Of a stretch of DNA of 64,000 nt, positions 49,360-63,154 are shown one piece after another. Where the stretch lies: NCBI GenBank assembly GCA_000320545.1, contig ADNK01001154.1, forward strand, positions 1 to 64,000, written 5' to 3'. Below the pieces are notes generated by a model. It ran no database searches. It saw only the letters and a program-made list of their open reading frames with translations, and was not told the origin of the DNA. This stretch comes from Bigelowiella natans CCMP2755 (lineage: Eukaryota; Protista; Cercozoa). A program made the translations under genes and the position numbers. Every line of letters begins with the position of its first letter. The stretch's first letter is position 1.

Positions 49360-51243
49360 ATGAAGAATGAGCTGGTCGAGCGCCTTCAATCCACTTTGAG
49401 AGGAAAAAGGGGAGAGCAGATAATGGAAAAGAAGGAGAAGAAGAGCACTGCCATGGTCGTAACGAAGAGCCCTAGAATCTTTCCAGGGACCCGCAATGCT
49501 GCTGATCCGGTATCTGATACCGAGCGCAGAGCGACGTGGACTGTTGCTTTCCTCGAAGGCTTCCTCTCCAGTTGGGAATATATATTTGGTATAGATTGCA
49601 CTTTCGTAGAAAAGGGGTTTGAGTCGCAATGTGATGAGAGTAATGGAAACTATGTAGCTCTTTGAAGCTCTGCAATTCATTGCCTGGTATCTGATTGCAG
49701 GGCTCACATCGTTCGGAATGATGGCAAGAGAGGCTCTACAAGGGGTTTACGGTGGAGATCTTATTGCTGAGGTTCACCCTCTCAACACATTGGCGAACAT
49801 CTTCGTAACTTCCATGTCTATGCTAGTTCTTAGCAACGATTCTGATTGTTTCATGGATGCTGTGGCGATTTGGAAGCACTAGCGAACTCCCAATGAAAGT
49901 CATCCTTCGTCGGTCAGCTTAGATCTATTTATTGTGTGTGACTACTTCTGAATATTATTTATCTGAAAGGATGGGGGCGACAAGGCCAGCAGTCTCCGTA
50001 TACATAGCATACGTAGCTGTTATCCATATAATTTCGCTCGCGCTGACGGTAAATTGCGTCAAAATTGCCACGGCACCGCTCTTCGAATAAGCAAATATCT
50101 CTTACTTTTCTAGATTATGCTACAGAAGAGCACAGGAAAGGTAATTTTTACTACTGCAAACTACCTGGACAAGGATGGCAATTTTCTTGCTGAAAAAGCA
50201 GCCGACATGTTGCTTCTTGCTCCAATACGAGAAGAGGTGTGTGACAAAGACGAATCGTTTATAGGGAATTCATAAAGATATATATTGAGATTATGTGCAT
50301 ATTTTAGTTTTTCTTCCGAGGAATCATGTTCTCCCTTATATACCGCCGTCTCGGTTCAATCCGTAAAGAAAATGTTTGGCCATTCGCGGTCTTGGTGAGA
50401 AAATAAGAATTTTGGTAATCATACAATCCACTAAACATCATTTAACCCTTTAAAGATGTCTGGAGGGTCGTTCGCGCTACTACATTCAATGAATTTTCTC
50501 AACTCACAAGGCCATTCTAAGCTCTATGTTGCCCTGCAGGTAGATTTGAACAGCGAACAGAGGTCATATCGACGGCTCATGTATGGTTTCTCAGGTTGTC
50601 AGTGGGTTTGTTATCGGCTCATTTTACACCCTTCGATTCCTCTCAACAGGGTACTTAATTCAAGATTGTTTGTGAGCTTTGAACAAATTTAAGTCTACAC
50701 CAACATCTATCTAGGTGTCTCTGGGAAAATATAGTCCTACACATGGTGCACAACGCGTTTGCGTCTTTTGTTCCTGTGAATCTTCAAGCATCTCTACTCG
50801 ATATATCATTTCTGCTCCCTGGTACGAATCGTGACTCATAGTTGTGGAGCGGATATGACTTTTTCTGCGAGGAGCGAAATCTGTTATTGATTGATTATTC
50901 TATCAGCTGTTGCCACGGTGGCCATCCATTTGATGCTAGCTCGTTTCTCGTATCAATCTGTCCAAAAGGAAGGTGGTTTTCAGTATAACGTCATTGAGTT
51001 GAAGACTGAAGCGGCGTCGAGGTAAAAAGGGACATTATTTATATCTATGCATCAAGTACGGTACTTATTACTACCTTCCTCAGACTCCAAGTATTCTTAG
51101 ACGCAGAGTCAGATTTGACAACCGCAGCCAATAATAGATCTGATGCTGAAGAAAGAGACCGTGGAGGTGTAATAGTTAAGAATGAAGAAGGAAAGGATAG
51201 AAAGCTTAGCAAACGCAGAGGGCGTAAAGGCAAATACAAATAG
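49360..51243 (+). CDS. CPBP/Abi (Rce1-like) intramembrane glutamic protease; multi-exon, start uncertain
   Basis: Spliced motifs APIREE|FFFRG, FALLH and IVLHMVHN. Confidence 0.85.
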
Positions 51244-51843
51244 AAATTTATCTTGTGGAGACATGTAGCTATTCATCAAAGTTGCGAGTTAGAGCTCATA
51301 TGCTCTGGGCTTGTATGTGCTAGTATAGTTGAATTTGTTCATGTTGCTGTATACATTCATGCTAGCATGTCTAAATGTCTAGTAGATGTGCTCCACGTCT
51401 TACAAACACCTTGCTAGCTTGCATATTTAGATGTGTCGCAGCACATCCATGAACATCTTACTCGCTGCTATTGCGCATGTTGGCCCAGTATGCGCTTCAC
51501 AGTACAGCGCAAAGCTATAATTATCTGGCTTTTATGCTTTGATCAGGCGAAGGCATGGACTTCTACTGCTCGCATCATTGTAGGTCGAGTATCAGCAATC
51601 AATTAAGCGACTTCCTATGTGAACATGGCGGCTTTGTAACTATACTTTCTTACATTACGTAAACTAACACTGCTGCATGACATATGAGGACCTCATTTCA
51701 TGCTATATGTGCATCGCATGTGCTACATATAGGCTATGGAAGACAAAGTACCATGCGTAGTAATATCTACGTTGAATTTCCACCATTGCATGTTCCATGC
51801 TCTCTGGTTATATATTTTCTTTATGAAATTTCAGGTGCCTTGG

Positions 51844-52686
51844 TTAAAAGATGGCAAGAGTGACAAGACCAATGAAATAGCAAAGAATCCAAAAGCATTC
51901 TGTGTACAGAGCACGCCACATTTTATTGTCTAAAGCTGCACCTCCTTTGTTAAGGACGGTATCCAGCCGAACAGCTACTACACCTGCATTCAAACATCCC
52001 ATGAAACACAAACCAATTTTTGTTGCATCAGGAACAATCGCACAAAATAAGAAGGCCACTCCAACAGAAGCTGCAAATCCTCCGAAGAGGGCGCAGATCT
52101 CGGCCACACCGGCAGTAGAGATTGTATCAAGAGATATTGACTTTAACAAAAAGTTAGAACCAAAAAATAACGTTAAAGACGCGAGATATAAGATCCAGAC
52201 GCCATAGCATGCTAGAACAATGCTCGGTAGTAGAGTTGTGGTAGCATGAGTAATGCGTGATCCTCGATCTCCAGCACCAATAAGACATATCCCCATAATA
52301 CTCATGATGAATCCCGAGCTCTCTATCATAAAAATATTTCGTATGTTCACATCGTCAACGTTGTTTACATGCATCGAGCCGCCTCGAGCAAGTATTGCGC
52401 CGAGATATGTTACAGCCATGAAGTATGTTCCAGCGCTTAGTGCAGACGGAATGAGTGCGCAAAAGAGAAAAATAAGCCCCATGGAGACGCCAACTCCACC
52501 ATAGATAGCACGAGCATGTTGCAGTCCCTTCGGGCATGTTGTTTTCAATGAGAGCCATTTCAACATTCTCTGCGTGGATCGGTCGGAACGAAGAAATAGC
52601 CAACCCATGAAGTACAGATGGAGGTAGGCACTGTAGATGAGAAACGCCCTTGGAACAATATTGGACAATATTGACGCTGACACCAT
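51844..52686 (-). CDS. Membrane protein with two tandem DUF4345-like repeats, intronless
   Basis: Internal duplication: ARAIYGGVGVSMGLIFLFCA...ILARGGS and ICALFGGFAASVGVAFLFCA...AVRLDT; ~8 hydrophobic segments. Confidence 0.65.
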   Translation of the reverse strand: MVSASILSNIVPRAFLIYSAYLHLYFMGWLFLRSDRSTQRMLKWLSLKTTCPKGLQHARAIYGGVGVSMGLIFLFCALIPSALSAGTYFMAVTYLGAILARGGSMHVNNVDDVNIRNIFMIESSGFIMSIMGICLIGAGDRGSRITHATTTLLPSIVLACYGVWILYLASLTLFFGSNFLLKSISLDTISTAGVAEICALFGGFAASVGVAFLFCAIVPDATKIGLCFMGCLNAGVVAVRLDTVLNKGGAALDNKMWRALYTECFWILCYFIGLVTLAIF

Positions 52687-54529
52687 TAAACAAGCTTCAG
52701 TTACTGATTTCGTTCATCTACTTTTGTGCTTATACGAAGATAAACCGGAGGGGACATTTTTTATTGGAAGGGGTTGAGGCATCGTTCGGTGGTATCGATA
52801 GAAAACACGAAATCATCATTATTATGCTTAAAAAAACCCTGCGATTCCAGGATTTCCGATTGTCAAAGAATGGTAGGTGGTCACGTCATTGCGACAGGGA
52901 AGAAACAAAGAAATTACAATGAGAGAGACTCCTCTTCCTCTTTCTCTTCGGAATCCAGGAGTGAGAAAGAAATAGAAGCACTGCTTTTCTTTTCCATACT
53001 GCGACAAACGATTCGGAATTCCTTTGGTCCCAAATGCAGGACATTTTCCATCGATTCATGTACCTTTCGATTTGGGAATTCTCGGAACGAGGCGTTCGAA
53101 AGGCAACTAGAGCCACTACCATAACTCAAGACCACACAGAAGGAGCTGGGTGTGTTTGAAGAAGATAAACAATTTCCATCATGGTTACTAAGCTCAAAAT
53201 CAAGGACATGCTCATCGAAAATGAGAGCGAGAATAATTCTGAAGACAGCGATGCTGTGCAACGCATAAACGAGCAACGTCAGCATTTATTTCGATCCGGT
53301 ACACATACTTTTCCGTTTGACTAAGATTGGAGGTATTTAATATTCGCTGATAATCATATCTTCAGAACCCTGGCACGAAATTGGAAGAGAAGGCAACTGT
53401 ATAGGCAATCAAGCAAAAAATGCCGATGAGGAGTCCACTGGGAACTCGGCTTACACATACGAAAGGCAACTATCAAACTCGTTCGATAGATGGAATGTAA
53501 TAGCACTATCGGGCAACATTAGAAGGAAGAACATGCTGCGATCAAGAAAGTATCAGGGGAGATCTCGCCAACATTCATCGAGGGGACCTCTGGGAGACTC
53601 ACTTAAACGAGACTTCCAGCAGCTCTAGACAAATTATAAGTATTCTTCAAGAGTCACCGCATTGTGTTTGATGCATGATGTGTTGTTGATTTCTAAATTT
53701 GTGCATCGTAGCTTTATTTAGTTGAAATAAATACCCCTTACATGTTCAAAATCATATTTTTATCTTGCCCTATGGAGTTGGTGCTCTGAACTCGTGACGC
53801 GTCATATGGGCGCTGCCTCTACATAAAATTGCAGCAAATGGTCGATCGTCAACCAGCGCACACTGTCGATATTTTTCTTTCGTGAATAGAGGGAGAAGTT
53901 ATAACAATTGATTAATTGTATTTGCACAAGTCTTTGACCAAGAATGCTGCAAAATATGTGATGGGCCCATCGTACAACAATTGGCATGTTGGATACGTAG
54001 ACACTGCAGAATGCATTTGGACCGATGCGTTCGTCTTGATGTAAGGCCTACATCACATGGGTATAGAACGCGCACGTGTACACAGCTAAGCCAAGCATGT
54101 TTGCTGAGCGAATTTGTCTAGGCACAATGCAACTGCGGGACGCTGTAACAGCGTTTTGCAATTGGTCTGCTAGCCTGCCTGGACACGAAATGTGAGCTGT
54201 AAATTCAATGATTGGCAGTCACAATGACTGCTGGATGTGCAAAAGCGACACATAGTGGGCTGTTATGCGAATCTTTATCGTGCGCACATATCTGATTAGG
54301 ATTGCTAGACTGCTTGTTCGATGAACTAACGAGCGATGCCAGCCATGCAGCGTAAACAGAACTCGCGCGCTAGTTTTATCATGAGCATTGCACGATCGCA
54401 AACATACACACTAGCTTCTCTGGGATTGAGGGTAGGGTATGTGATATGAAATTTGAATGTCATTGGCATGAAACACCGAAGCTTGTCTTATATACTACTG
54501 TGTTTTATAGCGGAAATGCATGAATGCAT

Positions 54530-56545
54530 ACTTGTGAAGGGCAGCTTTGACTTTTTCAGTATCCGACTCTGCTCCTCGGTCGGAAGGGAATCGATCTTTC
54601 TGAAAACCTGTTTGCATAAGTTCGTCATCACTTCATCCACTGTGTACCCATCAATTGGACCGGAGGGGAAGTATAGCGGCCTACTGATGTCAACATAATA
54701 GGGAAGAAATGTCAGGCAAAGATAAAACTACGGCATAAAGGGAGTGAAAAACAATTTCTCTAGAAGCCACACTGCTCATCGCACAACCGTTTCTCTGCAG
54801 CAGTTGGTGTCGATACCGCAGCAGCTGCTGGCACTGGACTTGGTGACCGTTTCGAAAATAAGCTTGGGTGCGGCTTTGCAGGAGGAGGAAGCAGCCCTTT
54901 GCGACGATATTGAGGGGTAGTCAATGAAGAAATCCCAACCATGCCCCCTCGTCCACCACCACCAGTTGCCATTGCTGCTTCATCATCTTCAGCAGCAGCA
55001 GCTTCATAGCGCCGAATTTCGGCTTCCTTACTCCAAGCATCTATCATACCCCGAGGGTCACGAAGATCATAATCCAGGAGGAGTGATTTTCCTTCTGAGA
55101 GAGCTCCTTCGTGGACTATTGGGTTCTTGGTGCTATTGCCGGAGGAGCGATTTGGGGACAACGCGGCAGAATGGGTGCGAGCGTCGAAGAAGAAGTTGTT
55201 GCGGACAATAAAACGAAGAGCCTTGAGAAGAGATTGCCTAGATGATTCACCAGAACTTCTGACTGATGTTCTTCTTTCATGCATGCCACCATCGTTTATC
55301 ACATGCAGGCTACTACTACCCATTCATCTTACACCACTGTGGAACTACTTTGAAAGTGACTCGAAAATGGAAAAATATTTGCCGCTGCTGCTGCTGCTGC
55401 TACCTCTCAGTTTGTATTTCATCTGCATGAATCTATAAAGAATACATCAATATCATCAAGAACGTATACGTGGTAAGTCCAGCAATTTCCCACCGCACAC
55501 ACACTCGCTCACCCTTCACAGCATACTCAAACAGATGTACAAATGTTGCGTTGTGTCGTTAACCATACCAATTCCTTGAGAGTTGGGGGCCGCAAATGGT
55601 CTCTCAGCGACGGTTTATTGAGCTTCCTAACAGGAGAAGGAGGTTGTTGGGATGATAAATTAAGTAGTGGTGACATCATCATCTGAGGCATATACACCAT
55701 GCATCATCTTCTTCTTCTTCTTCTTCTTCTTCTTCTTCTCCTTCAACAACAAGAAGAACAGCATACTATGAGTAGTATCGTCAGTAGTCAAAGCAAGCAC
55801 CTCTCCATTCTCATCCTCTCTCGCATAGAAAGATGATGCTGTTTCTGTCGCTGAGCTGATGGTGGCAGTGGCGATGATAATGACATATGGTGGCCATCAG
55901 CAGCATAGTTTCTATCGGTTACGTAATTGGAGATGGCGTTGTTATTTTTGTTGTCGATGTTCTTATTTGCTTCCTCCTCCTCCTCCTCCTCCTCCTCCTC
56001 CTCCATTCCCTTGTTCATAATCTCTGCATTAGCTTTTGATGATCTTGTGGCTGGTACATCGCCATTTTGCTTTCCAAATATGATACTGCTACTGCTACTA
56101 TTCTGGAGGCCAGCAGAACTCCCCTGACCCTTCCTTGGGTGCTTATACCTGAGGAGGAGGAGGCAATTCAAAATGATTTGTGTCGTAACAACAGTATAAA
56201 ATGGATTTGGTCCTCGAAGCTTCACCGACATATGCTAAGGTAATAATATACCAATAATCATACAAGCAACTGCAATCCCGCCGTCAATGTAATGCGATTG
56301 CTTCTTCTATTTTCTTCTTCTTCTTTTTCTTTCTTCTGGCCGTCTTTGGATTGCTGCTAAAACCTGAGCTCTGGTTTGCACTCCTTCCCTTCGATGCATC
56401 GAAAAAGATCGTTTCTCTGAGAGGAAGTAAGAGCAAGCTGTTCAGCATTTACGAGGAGTATTGAGAAGAATAACCCTGGCTACGACTGGTAAAATCAAAG
56501 CGCCGCTGGCTGCCACATGACGACGTTCGTCCGTAGTATCATAAT

Positions 56546-56577
<32 letters not shown>

Positions 56578-56740
56578 TGGTCGCAGTATAAAATGGCGAA
56601 AAAGTATCATCTTTGTAGCATGAAGAGAAAGAGAATATCTCCGTTTTTTAGTGTCCTCATCGTGCAATTACATCGGTGGTATTGAATTTGATCAGAGGAC
56701 TAGTAACGGGAATTATTTTGCAATATCCCTCCTGAATATA

Positions 56741-56806
<66 letters not shown>

Positions 56807-57965
56807 ATTGACGACCACGATGGAGAAAAACAAGTCAATGGCGGATATCGAAGAACAACTCGTCAAGAAATCATCGTCCATTCAATACGACTAACTATGG
56901 CTGCTACCCGTCATGCCTCCTCGACTTTATCACCATCATCATCATCATCATCATCATCTATATCATCAATATGATATTCACCACCGGTCTAATCATTCCA
57001 TGAACAGAGCAAATCACGTATCCATCGTCCACGCGCACTCCAGTGCCTAGTCGGTCATAAATACACAACAAAAGAATGCTTGCGCATACGTTATCCGCCC
57101 AAGTCAGCATCACTTCTGCTGTGGTGTGTGTGCCTGATCTTTCACGAGAAGCAAAGCATTTAAAAGGTATGGATGCTGGTGATGCTGTGTTGTTGCGGCT
57201 CTACACTTTTCTTCCACTCTACCTGGCCACCGCACATCAAGATATTGCCCTTGAAACCTAGTAAAATTGCACCTTCACATCTAGAATGACGCCGTGGAGT
57301 TGCGACTTGCTTCAGGAAGATCCTCCAATATAACGTTGTTGTTATCGTTGTTGTTGTTGTTGTTGTTACTACCAATGCTCCTTGGCCGTAAGCACTTTGG
57401 CAGCGGTCTCTTCGTCTTTCATGTATACGAATCCGAACCCTCTGAGGGGGGTGGTGGGGTAGGAAATGGTTTTGTTGTTATTGAGGGAATATTCTCAAAA
57501 AAAATGATGACTGATTACGGCTGCGCATCTACTAATTGCTAAAAAGGAGGAGCATGCCCTCCCCCCCCCCCCCCCATTGCATAATGATTTCAAAAAGAAA
57601 GCGCGCGCTTTAAGGTTTTTGATATACGGGTACCACCCGACACTAGTGAGGTAGTAACAAGAATGACAACAACAATAATAGCAATAACAATACTCATTGG
57701 AATCATTGAGCGACTGAACTATCTGTTTAGCTACTATTGTGTTGTTCCTACTACCGGCATTTTCCCGTGTCGTGGTACCTCGCAATAGAGCAACCCTCTA
57801 CCTGTAAGAGAAGATATCACCCACCCATATAATAATAATCAAAATAACACCACGGATAAAATGCCACAAACCGCAGCAATTCTTATGGCATTTGCTAGAA
57901 AATCAAGGGTAGCGTTGTAGCTTTTCCTTTTCTTGTTCTCATCCCTTTTCGGCCTTCTCCTATCG

Positions 57966-58004
<39 letters not shown>

Positions 58005-58977
58005 TATACTTCAACCAACTACGTGCTCGATGATGCTGTTTGTTGACGAGGTTGTTGTTGTTGTTGTTGTTGTTACCGGTCCCCACTGCTCGAAGAACCG
58101 CCTCAAATCGGTATTGGAGCAGCCTGCAGAACCCAACTTTCCTACATAAAGCCTACCCGTATCGAAGGACAAATCATCAACTTACCAAGCTTCCAAATAC
58201 AGCTCTACACACAAGATCGTTATGTTTTATCATCACCACCATCATATCGCTCTTTTCTTCCACAACTCACACGACGACTACTACTACTATTAACAACTAC
58301 TACTGCCCCCACCACTGCTACCATTACTGCTTTACCGATTTTTCCTCCCATGAAACGTTTGGCGTTGGCGTTCACTTCTGCCTGGAAATGATGATTCGTA
58401 GAGAATAATTACTGATATGATGATGACCAAAGTACTGAATCCCCGTTACAACTTCCAAACACCTCCGTAATTGAAATATCACTCCAGCCTTTTCTACAAA
58501 GGATTTCGAAAACAAATGTGTCTTGCTTCTTCCAGACGATGAATGACATCGCAATTTACTACTACTGATGCTGGGTGTCGATTTGTCACCTTTTCCCAGA
58601 TATTGGTGGTAATCGTCAACATTACGAATGCGTTTGTTGCTGGAATAGATGGCCGCTGCTGCAGCAGAGACGGCTTTCTTCGATTTGTCCTCTTTATGCT
58701 TCCAAGCCTCCTGGCGTTCAAACTCCCTATCAATATATGCTTTGCTGTTAAGTGTGTCTGTTACGGCCACGACCAAGATTTTTCATGGCTCTTGTATATA
58801 TCTTTCTGTTGATTTCTTCTTACGTGAGAATCTGCCGTGCTTCGTCGGAAATCAATCCAGACTCTCTCTGCTTTCGTAACACCTGAATGGCGAAAATATA
58901 AGATAATGAAATGGTTCTGAAAGCTTTGTTCTCCCCGTCGTACACACACACACACACACACACACGCGCGCGCGCGC

Positions 58978-59022
<45 letters not shown>

Positions 59023-60297
59023 ATAAACTTCTCAATAAACATTTATATTATTTTAGATGAAAAGACGACCTACCTCTATTAGGGCTTGCTTTCTGTTCTG
59101 TATATCAGCCTTTCGAACCTCTTCGTCCATAGTAAATCGAGGGTAGTTTTTCTTCCTCTCCAGCACGTACTCTTCGACAGCCTTGCGCTCCTCAGAATCC
59201 GCTGAGAGGAGATGATATATATTTTCGTTAACTTCAAATCAGATCCGAACGAATGAACGGTGGTCGATTAGTAGCAGCGTGTTGATCAGGTTTTCAAACA
59301 ACACCATAGCAAAACCCCAACGCTTTTGTTATATAATGTGTCACTTAGCAACCCACTGTATGCGCGTGTCTAGTGTGTGGTGTGGTGTGGCGTGGCGTGT
59401 TTGTTGTGGCCCTTCCCTGCGACACATTGCTATGGGTATTCTACCTGGCCAATGAAATATGTAATCCTTCGAGGGCGATTCCCCGCCATTGTTCGATGGC
59501 CACAGTATCGATGGTTCGACAGCTTCCCTCGAGGAACTTAGTGCTTTCGCTGCTGTATCTTCACCGCCGTTGTTATTCATATTGGCGCTGTAGTAACTGC
59601 CGTGATACGAGCTCGGGTGTTGATAAGGATGGCTAGACTCGTGCAGTCTCGCTTCCGAATAAAATGGCAACTGCCGCCTTGCGCTGTCCCCACTCTTGAA
59701 ACCAAGGTGTGGGGAAGAATGATGTCGGATGCTGCTCGGCACCGGAGGCGACTGCTGCCTGTGCATTGGGTAGTGTGGTGGCCAAGTAGCACGCGGATAA
59801 TAATCCGGTGCTGGGTAATGGTAGCCGGTCTGCTGCATACTGTTGCTCATTAAGTAAGGACTGCTTCCAGTTCTAGGATGAAACGAGCTGCTGGGAGGAG
59901 CACGAGGAGGAGGAGTAGGAGGAGGGAAAGAAGAAGAGGGAAAAGACGAGCTTGGCGGATAATAGTAATTCCGACTCGACGAGACATGGGTTGGATTCCT
60001 GTGGAACCAGCCTTCTGCCGGGGGACGATAATCGACATCCTCGCTACCATATTGGCCACTTCGATCTGCTTCAGTGACGTCGTATTTGCCAGCAGACACA
60101 TTTTGTCCGGATGTGTATCGTCTAGGAATTGTGAGGAGTGCGGTTGACGATATAATGGCAAGAGTCCGGATAGAAACCAAAGAACGGAAGGCACGTGCTA
60201 CTGAACTCCCCACCCCTCCCCTCCCACCCTTCTCCTCCTCATCCTCCCCATCCTCTTCCTCCCCCTCCTCCTCCTCCTCCTCCGCATATTTTCTCAT
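54530..60297 (-). CDS. Large low-complexity protein with NUFIP1/Rsa1-like motifs (tentative); multi-exon, 3' end approximate
   Basis: Pro/Tyr/Ser-rich first exon; ERKAVEEYVLERKKNYPR (~59140-59200) resembles NUFIP1 ERRKNYP; LLKALRFIVRNNFF (~55190-55230) resembles the NUFIP1 C-terminal motif. Confidence 0.45.
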
Positions 60298-60504
60298 CCT
60301 AGACGCAGCTTCTTCTATTCCGAGGTCTGACTTCTCTTCATTTTACACCACCAATAGTCCAGAATACAGGGCATTTTCAGATGAAATTAGGGTTTGACGT
60401 CGCATTTTATTCGAAAACCCCATGTTCGCTCCTCGAAGAACATCTTCCAGAAAAAGGATGATGGCGACCCCCGGACGGAGCACCATCCCGAATTAGCAAG
60501 GACA

Positions 60505-62176
60505 ATGGCGAGTAGCTTGGCCCTAATAAAAGCCTCCCATTTCACGCTCGGGGTCATGGCGTGTGCTTGGGGCCGTTTTCAGTCGATATTTCTCCACAGC
60601 ATGGGTAGGTAGGAGTAGTGAGTGGTAGGATGTCATACTACTGTTCTTCTTCTTCTTCATCTAAGAAGAAGAAGAAGAAGAAGAAGAGGAAGAAAGAGAT
60701 GAAAGTCAATATCGTTTCTATGCGATGATAACTTTTTAATTGGCAAGAATCTTCGCAATGTCCACACGTAACCGTTGGTTGTCCGAATGTTGAACAGGCT
60801 TAGCCCCTAGCACCATCGGAATGCTTACCAGTGTTGGGTTCATCCTCAAGTCAATTGGGTATGTGTCCTGGGGCGTGGCAATGGACTGGTTTGATGGATC
60901 TAGGTATGTTCTTATGGCCTCAATCATCGCCTCATCAGTGGCACTTGAATTGTACCGAAGAGCTGTTGGCTCTGGGGTTCTGTTGCTCATGCTTATTACG
61001 AAGGGAATTCGATCTCTGGCAAATGCTCAATACTGCCTACTTGACGCATTGACGATGCGAGCTGTCCAAAGTAGCGATGTAGATGAAGACTACGGTCGAC
61101 AGCGCTTCTGGGGATCATTAGGTTATGGCCTCTCCTCTTGGGCTGTTGGCCTTGTGATAGACCATTCTGATTATGGGACTGACTTCATCTTTATCCACAC
61201 CTACTCTACGTCATTTTTCTTTGCGGCACTCTTGGCCTTTTCTCCATTTTCGCTGTCACGCGCGAAAAGTGCCCGTGGTGTTAGCCGCAAGAGTGGGCTC
61301 GAGCATGTGAAAGTTGAGGGTGGTACGTCATCTAAATCTGAAGATGGGTCACCGATTCTAGGAGCAAACGTCAAAAGTTCTAGTGAAGAGGGGGTGGCGG
61401 AGTCATCTGTGAATTCGCGAGAAGAATCCCAGGCACTGGCACTCAGGCAGAACAAATTTGAGGAAGTTTCTCGAAGAGAAAAAAAAAAACCCGACAGACA
61501 GCGAGTCAAGCTCATCCTCGGCAACTTGAAGCTGTTCCTTGCATCAAGAGCGCTATGTGTCTTCTTGGCGAATCTGTTGGCAATGTATGTCCTGCTCTGC
61601 GTCTTCGAGAGCGTTGTGTGGATCCATTTGGAGAGATTGCACTGCCCAAGGAGCATCGTGGGGTTAGCAACAACATGCCAGACGATTGTGGAATATCCTC
61701 TCTTCTATTACTCGAAGCAAATTTTGAAAAGGTACACACACAGGCAGTTGTTTCTCATTGCCCATGCGTCACTTCTCGCCCGCCTGGTTCTCCTCGTGGC
61801 TCTTGGCTACACTGGGTTCATGCTCTTAATCCTGCCGATTCAGTTGTTGCATGGGCTGAGTTTTGGAGTCAACTGGTTGGCATCCTGCGAGTATGTCCAA
61901 CACATAGCCCCCCCCCACATCACTGCTTCTGCTCAAAGTGCCATCTCGACAACATCGGTCATCGCAAGTGCCCTCGGTACCTACCTATGGGGGGTCATAT
62001 ATGAAAGATACAATTCAGTCAGCTTTTTTGTGGCGACAGGAGTCGAGCTGATGGTTTTCATAACTATCTTATTTCTTGTTCCAAGCCTTGGACTAGCATC
62101 CACCACCTCTGCCTCAGCAGCCAGTGAAAGTTCGGGAGTAGAAATGGTTCGAGTTAAAAGAAGTGGGAAACAGTAG
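60505..62176 (+). CDS. MFS transporter (MFSD6/MFS_1-like); 2 exons
   Basis: MASSLALIKASHF...|LAPSTIGML...; YGRQRFWGSLGYG; IQLLHGLSFG; ~12 TM segments. Confidence 0.88.
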
Positions 62177-62707
62177 GCATCAGCCTCCTATCGAAGGGAG
62201 CAAGTAATGATGAAAATGATTAAAATATGCTATCTCTGGGCATCAAATGAAAGCAAGAAATCACGCCTGACTCAAGCCTTGCTGATAGAAATAGAGAATT
62301 CGATGTATTGCTATTCCTTTGTTCGTCTAGTAGTCTGCATGCATAGGCAGTCGTGAGTTTGCATGATACTAAAAGTAATAGACATGGAATCCATTATATA
62401 TGCATAGCAGATTATTTGTATACTTGTAACATGATGTTGTGCGAGCACATGCCGGCTACACACATGCGGTTACCAAAACAAATTGACCATGCACAGCTGA
62501 GGAAGAGGACCTCTAGATCTCCATGCGGGGTGCTAGGGTGTCCCAGCAGCCAATGCAACGCGCAATAGTTGCTAATAAATTGCGTTGCTGTGAACCGGAC
62601 AAAAACGAAGCTTGCACTTGCAATGCAAGCGGAGAAAAATTCTATGTCTACAGACGACAATGACGGAAACATGTGCATGCAAATAAAGGAAACAAACAGA
62701 CACAACA

Positions 62708-62786
62708 TAAGCGCTGTAGCCGCTGCATTGCACAGCTACATGAGGATGACCATTGAACAAAATTAAATTGATTGATTACATCCGTC
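62708..62786 (+). repeat. Third copy of the 36568 dispersed repeat
   Basis: TAAGCGCTGTAGCCGCTGCATTGCACAGCTACATGAGGATGACCAT...TTACATCCGTC. Confidence 0.75.
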
Positions 62787-62969
62787 GATCTTACAGCAGA
62801 TGTCGCGACGTGGCCAGACATCTAGACATCTACGACTGATGATGACGCCGCAGCATGGCAAGCATTTAATTGCCTAGATTGCATGCACATATGGTATGCC
62901 GTTAAGGGTTACGCGCACATAAAATTCAAACCGCTACAGCATCTCCAAAGACATTGGCTATCGGTGGCG

Positions 62970-63020
<51 letters not shown>

Positions 63021-63154
63021 GTGTGTGTGTGTGTGTGTGTATGTGTGTGTTTGTGTTTGTGTGGACGTCATTTGCGATCGGCATCGCAGGGGCCATAGTT
63101 GGTATTACATCAGAAAATAGAAACTTTTTTTATTTCACAGGACCAAGAGTAGGA

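Noticed and set aside
52774-53680. Possible small gene (ORF 52914-53285 minus, or spliced plus-strand fragments)
   Set aside because: No consistent splice model or recognisable motif could be built by eye.
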